A DNA stretch of 63,660 nucleotides, the filler included, from Octopus bimaculoides (Eukaryota), in the NCBI RefSeq assembly GCF_001194135.2. It is 6 parts of 6 records of this genome, joined end to end, with 100 filler letters (N's around TTAATTAATTAA, not from the genome) between each part and the next. Parts side by side here need not be neighbours in the genome. Positions count along the whole stretch, not along the records: positions 44,441 to 59,956 come from NC_068995.1; positions 60,057 to 62,218 come from NW_026390123.1; positions 62,319 to 63,660 come from NW_026357934.1; 3 more parts are not named here. One strand, written 5' to 3'. A program made the translations under genes and the position numbers. Below are positions 50,202 to 62,975 of the stretch, piece after piece. How positions within the stretch are numbered: position 1 is the stretch's first letter; every line of letters starts with the position of its first letter. The notes below the pieces were generated by a model that made no database searches, was not told where the DNA came from, and was given only the letters and a program-made list of their open reading frames with translations.

Positions 50202-52530
50202 GATAAAAATTCTTTAATTTCTTTAATGGCCAGCCAGTTTTGAAGAGTCCTTGAATCTTAAGATTATCTCCTCTTCTCGAGTGGAGCTGGTCATAATTGC
50301 CAATTGGTACTTCTGATACAGCCTCTAGCAGTAGAGATAATTTTAATGAATCAAGAATTTATGTTGTATGGTATTTTACATACCAGTATTTGTCTATATC
50401 ATTAAAAGGATGGTTCTGTTTTCAACCACCCCTTTCATGTTACCTCTTGTTGTTGGTGTTGTTGTTGTTGTTCTTCTTCTTCTTCTAGCAACAGTAGTAG
50501 TAGCAGTACTGTTTTATTATCCATGTTTTGATACATACATAAAGAGTTTCTAGAACTAGGATTAAGTACATGTTGTTGGTGGTGTTGTTGTTGTTACTGG
50601 TTAACAAGAATGTTCAAGGTTAGCAAAAATGTTCATTATTGAGGGATTCAAGTTAAAGAAGAAGGTTCTAGGTTAACAAATGTCAGAATATCCTAATAAT
50701 ATTTTTAGACCCTAGTGTTGCTATTTTCTGGAATTACCTCTGTTTATTCTCATAAATAATTTGTCGATGTATTTAAAGAAATGGTACCATATCCAATGAT
50801 TTCATAGAGACATTCCTTAACCACCATATTCTTCTGTTTGATCAAGTTGTATTAATTTTTGTAGTGTGGATCATCACTAGTTTACCTAGATTCTAATTTT
50901 ATTAACTCTCACTGACTTGTACTACAAATATCCACAACTGTCACCAAATCCTGAACTGCAAGTTACTGGAGCTCAAGAGGTGTCATTGTTTGGAACTTGA
51001 AAATAAGGACTAAGCACTCTTCTGTGTGAGAAACAAACATTAGCCTCATTTTATAAAGAACTTTCTGTCAAAAGACTTCCTGTTTACACCATCTGTGTTT
51101 AACCTTGTTGTTTATTCAGTGAATTTTTTTGGATTATTTTTGTTTTGCACATCATAGCACATAATACTCAAGCATTGAAATAGAATTTGATGATATTATT
51201 CATGGTTTAATCAGAGAAAGAAAGTTTGGACTTTAAAAAGATAATCAGAATGATATTTCAGTGTCATCTGTACACATTGACTGAGTGGAATTTATTTCAA
51301 GCAATGATGGCAAAGTTTATCCAAAACAGGAGTGGAATGATAACATTTGATCATTGCATTGATGCTTTTATTAGAGATGTAGACTTTAAAAAAGTCTTTT
51401 AAGTTAAAAGGGAAACCCATTGAGCATTTTTATTAACTTTTTCCTGAAGAATTTTATATCAAGTTGAGCAATGAAGCGATAAGGTGTATGCATCAACAGG
51501 ACAATACATTAATGGAGAAGATGAAGTTATATCTCAGAATGCTTTTTCTCTAAGGAGTTATGCAGCTTCTAGCTTACAAAGAGTACTGGAGCTCAGATAA
51601 GAAAACAATGCTCAAGATATCTTCTAAATATATGCAAAAATATCCTTGTCTAATGAACAACAGGTAAAAACCTCATTGACAATGTACAGCAACAATCATT
51701 ACTTCTTATCACCAAGTTTCAGCCAAATTCATTCAATAGTTATTTTTTAATGATTATTATTGTTATAACTACATTTTCACCAAAATTTCTAATTTCTAAC
51801 AGGTGTAGGATATTTATATAGAGAAAGCACTGCAATAGCTCTTTTAAGAGTTAAAGAGAATATGAGTTGATTGATTTTTATGTAACAAAATGACTCTTTC
51901 AAAGAATATACAGATATGACTGCTTAATGAATCTACTTCAACATGGTCGCTTGAGCTTCTAGAAATAGTAGCAAATTTTCTCTCAAATCACATCCTCCCA
52001 TTTAAAAAAAATGCAGGAAAAGAATATAAAGGTTATGTAGTTCTAAAATTAATGTGATGATTATAGTAGGAATACCTTTGATCAGAGATCTACATTATTA
52101 ATGTTGACCTGGAACTAAACATCAACAACAATGATATGCAGATCTGACAAATAAAGTATCTTGATTTCAGCCCCTTAAAGTCTCATTCAACTTCCCATTT
52201 CTGACATGATCCTTCCATTTTTACTGTGAGAAAAATTTTTATTCTTCTTAGGGTTTTAAACTTTATTTCTACCCAACATTTTAAAAGTAGCCACCAGTTC
52301 ACTGAGAGAAATGCTGCTATATTAAACATTGAGTTGCTCCTTTATTTACTGATAAATGTTTAAAGATACTCACATATTCACTCTCCATTAATACTTATGC
52401 TTCTTTCTCTTTTTTTCCCTCACTTTTTTCTCTTGCACTTTATTCCTCCATCTGTTATTTCTCTTTTTCATGTTCTCCCTCATACTCTCCTGCTCTCTGT
52501 TTTATCCACTGTTTTCACTAATTTGATCTC

Positions 52531-52619
<89 letters not shown>

Positions 52620-52926
52620 CCCCTCTCTTTCTCTCTCTCTCTCTCTCTCCACTTTTTACATATTTTTCTCTTTAATTTTAACTTTTTCATTCTCATTCTG
52701 TCTTTCCCTCTGTCTATCTTTCAGTTTGAGCATCTCCCCTCTTCCTCTCACCTCCTTTCTCAAAAAGAATCCCATTAACTGATGTAGCAATCAAGGGTCA
52801 TAAGAGATATTATTTGGTGAAGGGTGCCACTTTACCAGCTGTCTACCATTAATCACCTTATAATATCCAAAACTTAACCTTCTATTTTTACTGATTTTCT
52901 GTTGTTTTTTTCCCCTTATAAACTAG

Positions 52927-52966
52927 ACAACTAGAAGAGAGAGAAATATCAAATGGTGCCTCCTGA
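52927..52966 (+). CDS. Possible terminal coding exon (xQLEEREISNGAS*)
   Basis: CTGAT branch-like motif, long pyrimidine tract, ACTAG acceptor; short, so could be chance. Confidence 0.25.
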
Positions 52967-52999
52967 AATAAACATTCAACCATCAAATATGCCAATTTG

Positions 53000-53031
<32 letters not shown>

Positions 53032-53504
53032 TGATTTACAGTTTATATGTAAATATTTTAATATATTTGTACATATATAGATATGTGTGTATGTATGTAT
53101 AGATAGACAGACTGACATATAAATAGACAGGCAGACAGACACATGCATATGAAAGTGTGAGTGCACATTGATATATACATACATGTACACATATAAACAC
53201 ATCTATGATAGGAATAGTCACTCACCAAATTGATAAATTTGTCAGTTCATTTTCCACATCAAAGACATGAAACTTCTGATTGAATATATAATTACAGACT
53301 CTCTTTGGCTTACATTCTATCAACTCTTGTTTTTCCCCAAGTTTAAAGTGTATCTTATTTTCATACACAAACAATATTCTCAGAGTCACTTTTAACCATA
53401 CGCACTTTTATTCAGATGACAGTACTCTTCACTCATCCATAAGATTTTCCAGTCATCACTCTCACAAATTGTATATGTCTACATTGGATTCTTTTCTTTT
53501 TTAT

Positions 53505-53922
53505 TCTTTTTTCTTGTTTCAGGCATTTGACTGCAGCCATGCTGGAGCACCGCCTTGAAGGGTTTTAGTCAAACAAATTGACCCCAGGACTTATTTCTTA
53601 AGCTTAGTACTTATTTTATCAGTCGCTTTTGCTGAACTGCTAAGTCACAGGGATGTAAACACACCAACACCAGTTGTCAAGCGGTGATAGGGGGACAAAC
53701 ACATACACAGACACACACACATAGACATATACACATATATGTGTATGCATATATATATATATACAACAGGCTTCTTTCAATTTCCATCTACTAAATCCAC
53801 TCACATGGCTTTGGTCAGCCCAATGCTATAGTAGAAGACACTTGCCCAAAGTGCCACACTGTGGGACTAAACCTGGGAGCATGTACTTGGGAAGCAAGCT
53901 TCTTACCACACAGCCACACCCA
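53505..53922 (-). mobile_element. SINE family A, full-length, CpG-decayed
   Basis: Complete; many CG to TG/CA changes relative to the 18712 copy. Confidence 0.9.
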
Positions 53923-54027
53923 CACTTATACACCATTTTCATGAGTAGAGATATGAAAACATCCTTCAAAGAGATAGGGCAACCTGGTTTTATGTAACAA
54001 CATCAGTATACAATATATAACATTCAA

Positions 54028-54225
54028 AAGTGGTGAGCTGGCAGAATCATTAGCATGCAAGACATTTCATCTGCTTTTACATTCAGGGTTCAAATGCTGG
54101 AGGGGTTGACTCTGTCTTTTATCCTTTCAAGGTTGATAAAATAAGTACTGGTTGAGCACTGGGGTTAGTGTAATTGACTTAGTCCCTCCTCTAAAATTTC
54201 TGGCCTTGTGCCAAAATTTGACACA
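54028..54225 (+). mobile_element. SINE family B, CpG-decayed
   Basis: GGTGAGCTGGCAGAATCATTAGC...GATAAAATAAGTACTGG. Confidence 0.8.
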
Positions 54226-54336
54226 AATTTATAGCATTTTTATAACATTCATATTACATGGTCACATGGGTTGGATGGTGTAATAAGATCATTCATTAAT
54301 TCATACTCACACATACATATAACATTTCAATTATAA

Positions 54337-54374
<38 letters not shown>

Positions 54375-54735
54375 TGAGATAGGTATTTACTTGCAATTAA
54401 TAAACATACATTTAGCTTTGCTGTGCAAATAGAAACCACACACAATAGAATCACAAGTAACTTGAGTAGTTTCACCTCTCGGGAGTGTTGAGTTCATCTG
54501 TTCTACTGAAAAAGAGAGAGAAAGCATTGCATACTGCTTCATATGAAAATGACTTTGAATACACAGTTCACTTTCTATGAAGTTGCAGGTTCTTTCCAAT
54601 TGCATGACATCTTTAGCAAGAGTCTTCTACTTGAAAAGTAGATAGAGGTTGGTGAGAGAAAATGCAGTAAGTATTCATCCAGCTGATGCCTCCATCAAAA
54701 GTAGACTTAGACTGAAAGGACAAACATATCTCTTA

Positions 54736-55097
54736 TCTTTAACTTGTTTGTCTTTAGATTGCGGCCATGCTGGGGCACCACCTTGAAGAATTTTTTGTTA
54801 AATGAGTTGACCCAGTGCTTTTTTTTTAATAAGCCTGGTACTTATTCTATCAATCTCTTTTGCTGAACTTTTAAGTTACAGGGACATAAACACACCAACA
54901 TCAGTTGAAAAGAGGTGGTGGGGTAGAAATGCAGACACAATGTCATACACACATATATATAATAAGCTTCTTTCAGTATCTGTCTACCCAATCCACTCAC
55001 AAGGCTTTGGTTGACCTGAGGTGTCACACAATGGGACTGAACCCAAAATCATATGGTTGGGAAGCAAGCTTTTTACCACACAGCTTTGCTTGCACCT
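54736..55097 (-). mobile_element. SINE family A, diverged
   Basis: Tail and head motifs present. Confidence 0.8.
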
Positions 55098-55222
55098 ATA
55101 TATATATATATATATATATATAACTACTATCACTGCTAACCAGTACCACTTCTACTTTACTACTATCACCACAACAACTAAAAGTTCTGTCGCTAATACT
55201 AATACTACAAATACTACTAATG

Positions 55223-55257
<35 letters not shown>

Positions 55258-55287
55258 GTCATCATCATCATCATCATCATCATTTAT

Positions 55288-55390
55288 TGAGCTGACAGAA
55301 TTGTTAGCATACCATGCAAAATACTTAATGGTGTTTTCTCTGTCGCTATGTTCTGAGTTCAAATTCCGCCAAGGTCAACTTTGCCTTTCA
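55288..55390 (+). mobile_element. SINE family B 5' half
   Basis: GAGCTGACAGAATTGTTAGC...GAGTTCAAATTCCGCC. Confidence 0.75.
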
Positions 55391-55499
55391 TATATCAACA
55401 AGTCTGTGTCATATATATATAAGACATATATTTGTGTGTGCCCTCTATGGACAACCAAACCGCTGGTGAGATGGTACCAGCTCTCAATGATCTCATAAT

Positions 55500-56095
55500 G
55501 CATGTGCTCCAAAACATTGCGCAAAACTTTAGCAACAGTCAATGGCTCTGTGTGTGAACCTCCATCTAATGACGCTGTCGATAAAGTCAACTGGGATCTC
55601 TTGCAGCTGTTGCCAAGGCAAGAACAGTCTTTCACGTCCCTTGACACTATCATTGATCAGGACCAGGCTTTAGTTTTTCCAACTGAGTTCCTGAACTCTC
55701 TACAACCATCTGGGATGTCACCTCACCACTTAACACTTAAAAAGGGGGCCCCAATCATGCTGCTAAAGAATCTGGATCCACCTCATCTGTGCAATGGCAC
55801 CAGAATGGTGGTGAAAACTATGAGAGTGAAGATGTTTTCATTCCATGCATCCCGTTAATCCCATATAACCGCCCCTTTGAATTTAAACAGTTCCAGTTCC
55901 CAGTGAAACTGAGTTTCACTATGTCAATAAACAAATCTCAAGGACAGTCTCTCAAGGTTGTTGGACTTCACCTTGCTTCTCTCATGGGCAATTATATGTA
56001 GGATGTTCATGAGTTGGAAGTCCCCAAAAAATTTTCATGTAAACACCAATTAAAGGAAACACTTAAAACATTGTATATTTAGAAGTTCTAGATAA
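55500..56095 (+). mobile_element. Helitron Pif1-like helicase C-terminal pseudogene fragment
   Basis: FPTEFLNSLQPSGMSPHHLTLKKGAPIMLLKNLDPPHLCNGTR; FIPCIPL...QFPVKLSFTMSINKSQGQSLK; ends NIVYLEVL; frameshifts. Confidence 0.85.
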
Positions 56096-56374
56096 TTGAA
56101 GTGTGATTCATTTAGGGATCTGTTTCAATACATTTGTTTATATTCATGTCATCCGATAGAATTTTTGTTAAATGTATTTATTAATAGTAGTACCACACTT
56201 TGCAGTGTATAATTTCTTTCACTTCATTTTATCCCTGTAAAACAATCTGTTCCTTTTTGGGTTTGTATTTATGTGGGGTATGTATTTTGATATTGTGTGT
56301 GGATTACAGTTATACAGGATACTCTGTAACTATCCATCCTTAATATAGCTAAGTGCACTATCATTTAATACATT

Positions 56375-56670
56375 GTGATACCCAGCCTCCACATCACTGG
56401 ATATGATGCAGTTACCCACCCTCTACATTGCTAGGTATGTTGTAATTACCTATCCTCCACATCATTGGATATGCTGTGGATCTCACTTTAGGTATTTTGT
56501 AACTCCTCTCACTTCACCTTCTTTAGATATAGTGTGACTACCCACAGTCCAAATTTTGAGGTATGCTGTAGCAGCCTGCCTCCACATTGTTAGATATGTT
56601 GCTGTAGCTGTTCGCTTCCACATTGCTTGTCATACTGTGATCACCCCCCAAACACACACATTGTTAGACA
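56375..56670. repeat. Degenerate minisatellite (about 33-36-bp unit, CCTCCACATTG.TAGATATG.TGT)
   Basis: CTCCACAT/CTCTACAT/TTCCACAT...GATATG/GGTATG motifs recur roughly 7-8 times. Confidence 0.6.
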
Positions 56671-56956
56671 TGGTAGATATGTGTATTTGACATTCATGTT
56701 GTTTGGCATAAATAAACTGTAGGTTGAGACATTATAAAAAAATATCACCACAATTATCTCTCTGATTATCCTTGGTTAGTAATACATGAGTAGTGAATGT
56801 ATTGAACAGTGGCATAATTTATTAGTTTAAACACTACCATAGACTTCATTATGTTCAAAACAACGTCCTGTTTCTCAGTTTATTTCAACAAATCATGGTT
56901 GTATAGTTACTATTGTAAAGGGTGTCCATTTAAAAAAAAAAAAAATTTGTTTCAAA

Positions 56957-57090
56957 GGCAGTGGCATGGTTGTGTGGTAAGAAGCTTGATTCCTAACCAC
57001 ATGGTTCTGAGTTCAGTACCACTGCAGGACACCTCAGGCCAATCAAAGCCTTGTCAGTGGATTTAGTGGGTGGAAACTGAAAGAAGCCAA

Positions 57091-57128
<38 letters not shown>

Positions 57129-57638
57129 TTGCCAGTGCCCCTGGACTGGCTTGTGCGGGTGGCACATAAAAGACACCATTTCGAGCGTGGCCATTTTCGT
57201 GCGGGTGACACGTAAAAGCACCCACTACACTCTCTGAGTGGTTGGCGTTAGGAAGGGCATCCAGCTGTAGAAACTCTGCCAAATTAGATTGGAGCCTGGT
57301 GTTGCCATCCGGTTTCACCAGTCCTCAGTCAAATCGTCCAACCCATGCTAGCATGGAAAGCGGACGTTAAATGATGATGATGATGATGATGATATATATA
57401 TAATGCATGTGTGTGTGTGTCTTTGTATCTGTGTTTGTCTACTACCACTGCTTGACAACTGGTTTTGTGTTTATGTTCCCTTAACTTAGCAGTTCGGCAA
57501 AAAAGACCAATAGAATAAGTACCCAGTTTTTAAAAAATTATATATAAGTACTAGGGTTGATTCATTTGACAAAAAAATGTTTTTCAGGGTAATACCCCAG
57601 CATGGCTGCAGTCTAATGACTGAAACAAGTAAAAGATA
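56957..57638 (+). mobile_element. SINE family A carrying a second retroposon-like insert (57127-57393) ending in (GAT)n
   Basis: Family A head 56957-57090 and tail 57405-57638; insert contains GTTGGCGTTAGGAAGGGCATCCAGCTGTAGAAAC. Confidence 0.75.
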
Positions 57639-58164
57639 AATCTGATTTTGCAAAAACACCTAACCTTTAGCAACATTCAAAGTGATTATAAAGATGTTAT
57701 TTTGAAGCCATACAAAAATAAAAAATATCCACAGTATAGAAAACTAGACAGACATGCCAAAATAGGTAACCCTGGTAGATTATACTGAAGAAGTATGAGG
57801 TGAAATAAACTGGTCTTCCATTTTAGACAGATATGTCATTTTGTTGCTCATCTAATAATCTTGAAAACAAGTGATGTATAGTTTCAAAAATCTTAGTTGT
57901 GAAATATTACTAATACTAGCATACCCATGTCATCAAAAATATCAGCAGTTTTATTAGTGACTAAAAATGGTGCATCAAAACATTAAATGAAACTACTGAT
58001 AAATGTCAACAATTATATGTACATACATAGAACTGAAGCATTTGAACAATCAGATATGGGTATAATGCCTCAGTTGGAAATATTTCATCTATGTGTGTGT
58101 CCTCTCGTGCGTGTGTGTGTGTGAAACATCCACTAATACAGGGGTTTTGTTGAACGAATCAACA

Positions 58165-58400
58165 GTTGATGCCAGTACTTTTTTTAGCCTGGTACTTATT
58201 TTATCACTCTCTTTTACCAAACTGCAAAGTTATGGGGGCGTAAACAAACCACAAGGTCATGGGGGATAAATGCAGGCACAAAAACACACACACAGGTGTA
58301 TATACAACAGGTTCCTTTTAGTTTCTGTCTACCAAATCCACTCAAGGCTTTGGTCAGCCTGGGGCTATAGTATGATTGAGATGCAAACTTCTAACCACAC
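58165..58400 (-). mobile_element. SINE family A, diverged and internally deleted
   Basis: GCCTGGTACTTATTTTATC...GTCTACCAAATCCACTCAAGGCTTTGGTCAGCC. Confidence 0.75.
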
Positions 58401-59619
58401 TGCCATACACACATGTGTAAATACACACACACATGCACATATATCAATGCATGTGCATACATATACATAAGTGTGTGTATGTGAATGTGTTATCTTTTAC
58501 TTGGAAAAATATATAAGGGTTTCCTAAGCAAGGCAAGATTAAAAGAATAAACTAAAATGAAAGAAAAATAAAGACAAGGCAAAATCTATAAATGCTACAT
58601 GAACTATATTTTGAAAACAAAAGAGTGTAAATATGTAATTTCATATATATTTTTATGTGTGTATGCAATTGTTAAAATAAATATTATTACGATAAAAATT
58701 TGCATGACTTCTGAGTAAAACTTCTCTTTTCAGTTTCCCTGCATTGAGAATATCTGACTCACTCCCACTCCATTTGTTGTTTCAGTTTCCTTCTGTCTGC
58801 ATGACCAGTGTGAAACATATTGCATTTTATATGTAGGATTAAATTAGTTAAGCATTAAGAATGAATGAACTTTGAATTATAAAAGACAAGCAGAACTACT
58901 AAGTAGAAACGCTGTTATAGCAACAAAGGAGAAATGCTGTTATAACGGTTTTATTGGTAGTCATCAGTTTTTCTACAACAGTTATAGTAGTTGAAATAAT
59001 TGTTATTTTAAGGCTGCTTATTTTACAGTCATTTACGAGTGTATATTTTAACTGTTTTGAGTGAAAGTTGATAATGATGAAGCCGTCCCTTAATGTGTAA
59101 AGGATATCAATAAGTATTATCTCCCAAGTTAAAATGTACGTCATATTAGCGTAAGTCTTGTATGGATGCTAATGTACCCCTATACGTCTTATGAAAATGT
59201 ATGTTGAAGATTGTGTCCTTATGTACTGCTAAAAAAAAATGTTACAGATTATTAAACAGAATTAAAGATGTTAAACAGGTTAGGAAGAATTGAAGAAAGA
59301 TGAAATATCATTTTATATATTTTATTTATATACATTATTACATATATTATTTTTCTAACTAATTTTCTTGGCTTAACTATTGAAACACGACAACCAAAAT
59401 AGGTGTCAGACTTTTAAAGAGTATTTCTCATGGTAACAACTATTACTCTGGTTAATTTAGAGAACTTCAAACTGTTTCATTAAGTGTTATGAGACAAATA
59501 AAAAAAAATAAACAGAATAACTCCTGCTCATGTCAAATGATTTAGAAAGTTAATCATATCAACTAGCTTCTAACGCTCAAGTGATACTTACAGCAGAAAA
59601 AAGGTATATATATATATAC

Positions 59620-59956
59620 AAAGAGAATGAATGGGAGAAAGAGAGCCTGCCGTATGTCGACCCAATAGAGGGACCAGCTATCCGAGTTGATAGTACCAGG
59701 GTAGATAAAGCAATTAAGAGTATGAAGACCGGGAAAGCCCCCGGCCCATCAGGAATCACTGCAGAGATGCTCAAAATATCTGGCAGTGTTGGCTATAGCC
59801 TAGTCACCCATATTACGAACCAGGTGATACACGAAGGAGTCATACCCAATGACTGGTGTAGCAGCATCATAGTCAACTGCTACAAAGGTAAAGGGGACGC
59901 TTTAGATACAAATAATTACAGAGGCATCAAGCTGTTAGATCAGGTTATGAAAGTTA
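59620..59956 (+). mobile_element. RTE-clade LINE RT N-terminal fragment
   Basis: VDKAIKSMKTGKAPGPSGITAEMLK...IPNDWCSSIIVNCYKGKGDALDTNNYRGIKLLDQVMKV; open until the gap. Confidence 0.9.
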
Positions 59957-60056
59957 NNNNNNNNNNNNNNNNNNNNNNNNNNNNNNNNNNNNNNNNNNNN
60001 TTAATTAATTAANNNNNNNNNNNNNNNNNNNNNNNNNNNNNNNNNNNNNNNNNNNN

Positions 60057-60397
60057 TCAGATTTGAAGTTTTTTCCTTGTAAAAAGTTGTCTAATGCCTG
60101 GAAAATGTGATAGTCAGCTGGTGCAATGTCTGGTAAATATGGTGGATGACAGAGTACTTCTAAGTTCAATTCCTGTAATTTGAGTAGTGTTCTTTGTGCA
60201 ACATGTGGTCAAGCATTGTCTTGCAAGAGAATTGGTTTGTCTCTATTGACCAATGTCAGTTGTTTAATTGCAAATTCACTCATCATTTCCTCCAACTGGT
60301 TGATGTATGCCTCTGCTGTAATTGACTTACCAGGTCTCATGAAGCTGTAGTAGATGATACCAGTGCTGGACCACCAAACAGACACCATTAGCTTTCT
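60057..60397 (-). mobile_element. mariner (DD34D) transposase fragment between two gaps
   Basis: KLMVSVWWSSTGIIYY...PILLQDNA*PHVAQRTLLKLQEL...HPPYLPDIAPADYHIF. Confidence 0.9.
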
Positions 60398-61000
60398 NNN
60401 NNNNNNNNNNNNNNNNNNNNNNNNNNNNNNNNNNNNNNNNNNNNNNNNNNNNNNNNNNNNNNNNNNNNNNNNNNNNNNNNNNNNNNNNNNNNNNNNNNNN
60501 NNNNNNNNNNNNNNNNNNNNNNNNNNNNNNNNNNNNNNNNNNNNNNNNNNNNNNNNNNNNNNNNNNNNNNNNNNNNNNNNNNNNNNNNNNNNNNNNNNNN
60601 NNNNNNNNNNNNNNNNNNNNNNNNNNNNNNNNNNNNNNNNNNNNNNNNNNNNNNNNNNNNNNNNNNNNNNNNNNNNNNNNNNNNNNNNNNNNNNNNNNNN
60701 NNNNNNNNNNNNNNNNNNNNNNNNNNNNNNNNNNNNNNNNNNNNNNNNNNNNNNNNNNNNNNNNNNNNNNNNNNNNNNNNNNNNNNNNNNNNNNNNNNNN
60801 NNNNNNNNNNNNNNNNNNNNNNNNNNNNNNNNNNNNNNNNNNNNNNNNNNNNNNNNNNNNNNNNNNNNNNNNNNNNNNNNNNNNNNNNNNNNNNNNNNNN
60901 NNNNNNNNNNNNNNNNNNNNNNNNNNNNNNNNNNNNNNNNNNNNNNNNNNNNNNNNNNNNNNNNNNNNNNNNNNNNNNNNNNNNNNNNNNNNNNNNNNNA

Positions 61001-62218
61001 TACAGGGATTGGACAAAATAATGGAAACACCTAGCATCATAGCATCATAATTTTGAAATATCTATAAAACCGTCAAAAGCTTCTTTATTTTTATGTTGTT
61101 TTTTTTTTATTTATCATTAGTGTTGCTTAATATGTTTTGCTAAAATTGCTGTTTCTTTTCAGAAATCATAAGAAAAAGGTAATTAAAATTCATTAAAATG
61201 ACATCTATCGTTCAAAGAGATCAAATTGCTGGTGCACGTATGGCAGGCGCTAGCGTAACGAAAACAGCCGAAATGCTTGGTGTATCAAGAAGTACTGTCG
61301 TGAAAGTAATGATAGCCTTTGAGAAAGAAGAAAAAACCTCCTCGTCGAAACAAAACTCCGGAAGTAAACCAAAACTTTCAGATAGGGACCGCCGGAGTCT
61401 TATGCAAAATGTTAGAAAGGATCACAAAGGTACAGCTCCTAGAATTACTGCAGAGCTTAATGACCACCTCAAGAAACTAGTTTCCACAAAAACTGTTCGC
61501 TGGGAGCGGCACATAGCCGGATTTCACGGGAGAGCTGCAACCAGAAAATCACTACTTTCAAAATGAAACGTTGTAAAGCATTTAGAGTGGAGTAAAAACC
61601 TACAAAATTGGTCCCTAGAGCAGCAAAAGAATGTTATTTTCTGGGACGAGTCATCCTTTACCTTATTTCCGACCATCGGCCAAGTATACGTGTGGAGACA
61701 GCAAAAAAAAAAAAAACATTTGACCCAAACTGCATTCTTCCCACAGTTAAACATGGAGGAGGATCTGGGATGATCTCGGTGGAGGCTATATCTTGGAAAT
61801 CCGCCGGTTCAGTGGTTTCCCTTCATGGCAGAATTAATAGTCAAGACTATTCAAGTATTTTACCTAATCAAATCCATTATATGGTTGTAGAACTGTTTCT
61901 GGCGGGAAACACAAACTTTCAGGATGATAATGCACCAACTCACACAGCTTAAGTTGTTACTGAATGGCCCGAGGAACATTCTAGTGAAGTTGAATATCTT
62001 ATCTGGCCAACGGAGTCCCTAGATCTCAATAGTATTGAATATTTATGGTGCATTTTAGAAAAACAAGTAAGGAGTCAATATCCTCCACCATCATCAGTAC
62101 AAGAACTGGAGACTGTTTTAGTTGAAGAATCGACAAAAATTCCTTTGGAAACAATTCAAACTTGTACGAGTCCATACCTCGCAGAATTCAAGCTGTAATT
62201 ACTGCCAAAGTCAGTCCT
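61001..62218 (+). mobile_element. Tc1-like transposon pseudogene with DD36E catalytic spacing
   Basis: TA + left TIR CAGGGATTGGACAAAATAATGGAAACACC; ATG 61198; D at 61645 (WDESSF), D at 61926 (QDDNAP), E at 62037 (LNSIE), 36 codons between the latter two; stops and one frameshift; right end in gap. Confidence 0.9.
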
Positions 62219-62391
62219 NNNNNNNNNNNNNNNNNNNNNNNNNNNNNNNNNNNNNNNNNNNNTTAATTAATTAANNNNNNNNNNNNNNNNNNNNNNNNNN
62301 NNNNNNNNNNNNNNNNNNCTCCAGCATGGCCACAGTCAAATGACTGAAACAAATAAAAGAGTGAAAGAGTAATACATATAATCAAATATAA

Positions 62392-62975
62392 TGTAACGGT
62401 TTGCTGTTAAGGTGTTGGTTGCCAGTACGCAAGATGAAAGAACAGTGATTGAAGTTTAAGAAGATATTTATTTACTGTTACTTTAATATATATCCAAAAC
62501 CACGACGGGTTGGTATGTATAACTGGTAAATGGAAAAGAAAACGAGGTAAAAAGAGTTAATTTTGGCCGGTATGTGTGTACACGATCTCATAGTAGTATA
62601 TATAGAGAGATATGGTTATGATACAGAGAAAAGAGAGTTAGTGAAAGTGAGATAATCGGGGGAAGTTGTCTCGCATAGTCACTGACTGTAACTTTCTTCT
62701 CTCTGGCCGTTTGGTCTCTAGTGGCCGCCTGCTTGTGGTCATGACTAGTTGTCCGTTCACACTCACCGACTGACTTTAGCTTATGGACTTCTTGTTTTAT
62801 AACTATCCAAAACCAGCCAGAAGGATAGGCATATCGTTGAGAACAACAGATTTCGTTGGAGGTCTGTTAGCTCTATCCTAGCTTTTGGTGGCCTAGAAGA
62901 GGTTAGAAGGGTCAAATGGCAAAGACATTATTTTGCTTAGCGAAGGCAACAGGCAAATGTAACTGCTGTCACTCA
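62392..62975 (-). mobile_element. Possible solo LTR
   Basis: Bounded by TGTAAC and GTCACTCA, AATAAA on the minus strand near one end; no TSD found. Confidence 0.3.

Noticed and set aside
51180-51700. Purine-rich stretch that looks like decayed LINE coding sequence
   Set aside because: No diagnostic motif could be recovered in any frame.
54387-54506. Strong minus-strand acceptor (CTTTCTCTCTCTTTTTCAG) with a short open frame
   Set aside because: The peptide is unrecognisable, the donor is ambiguous, and the pyrimidine tract is a (CT)n run.
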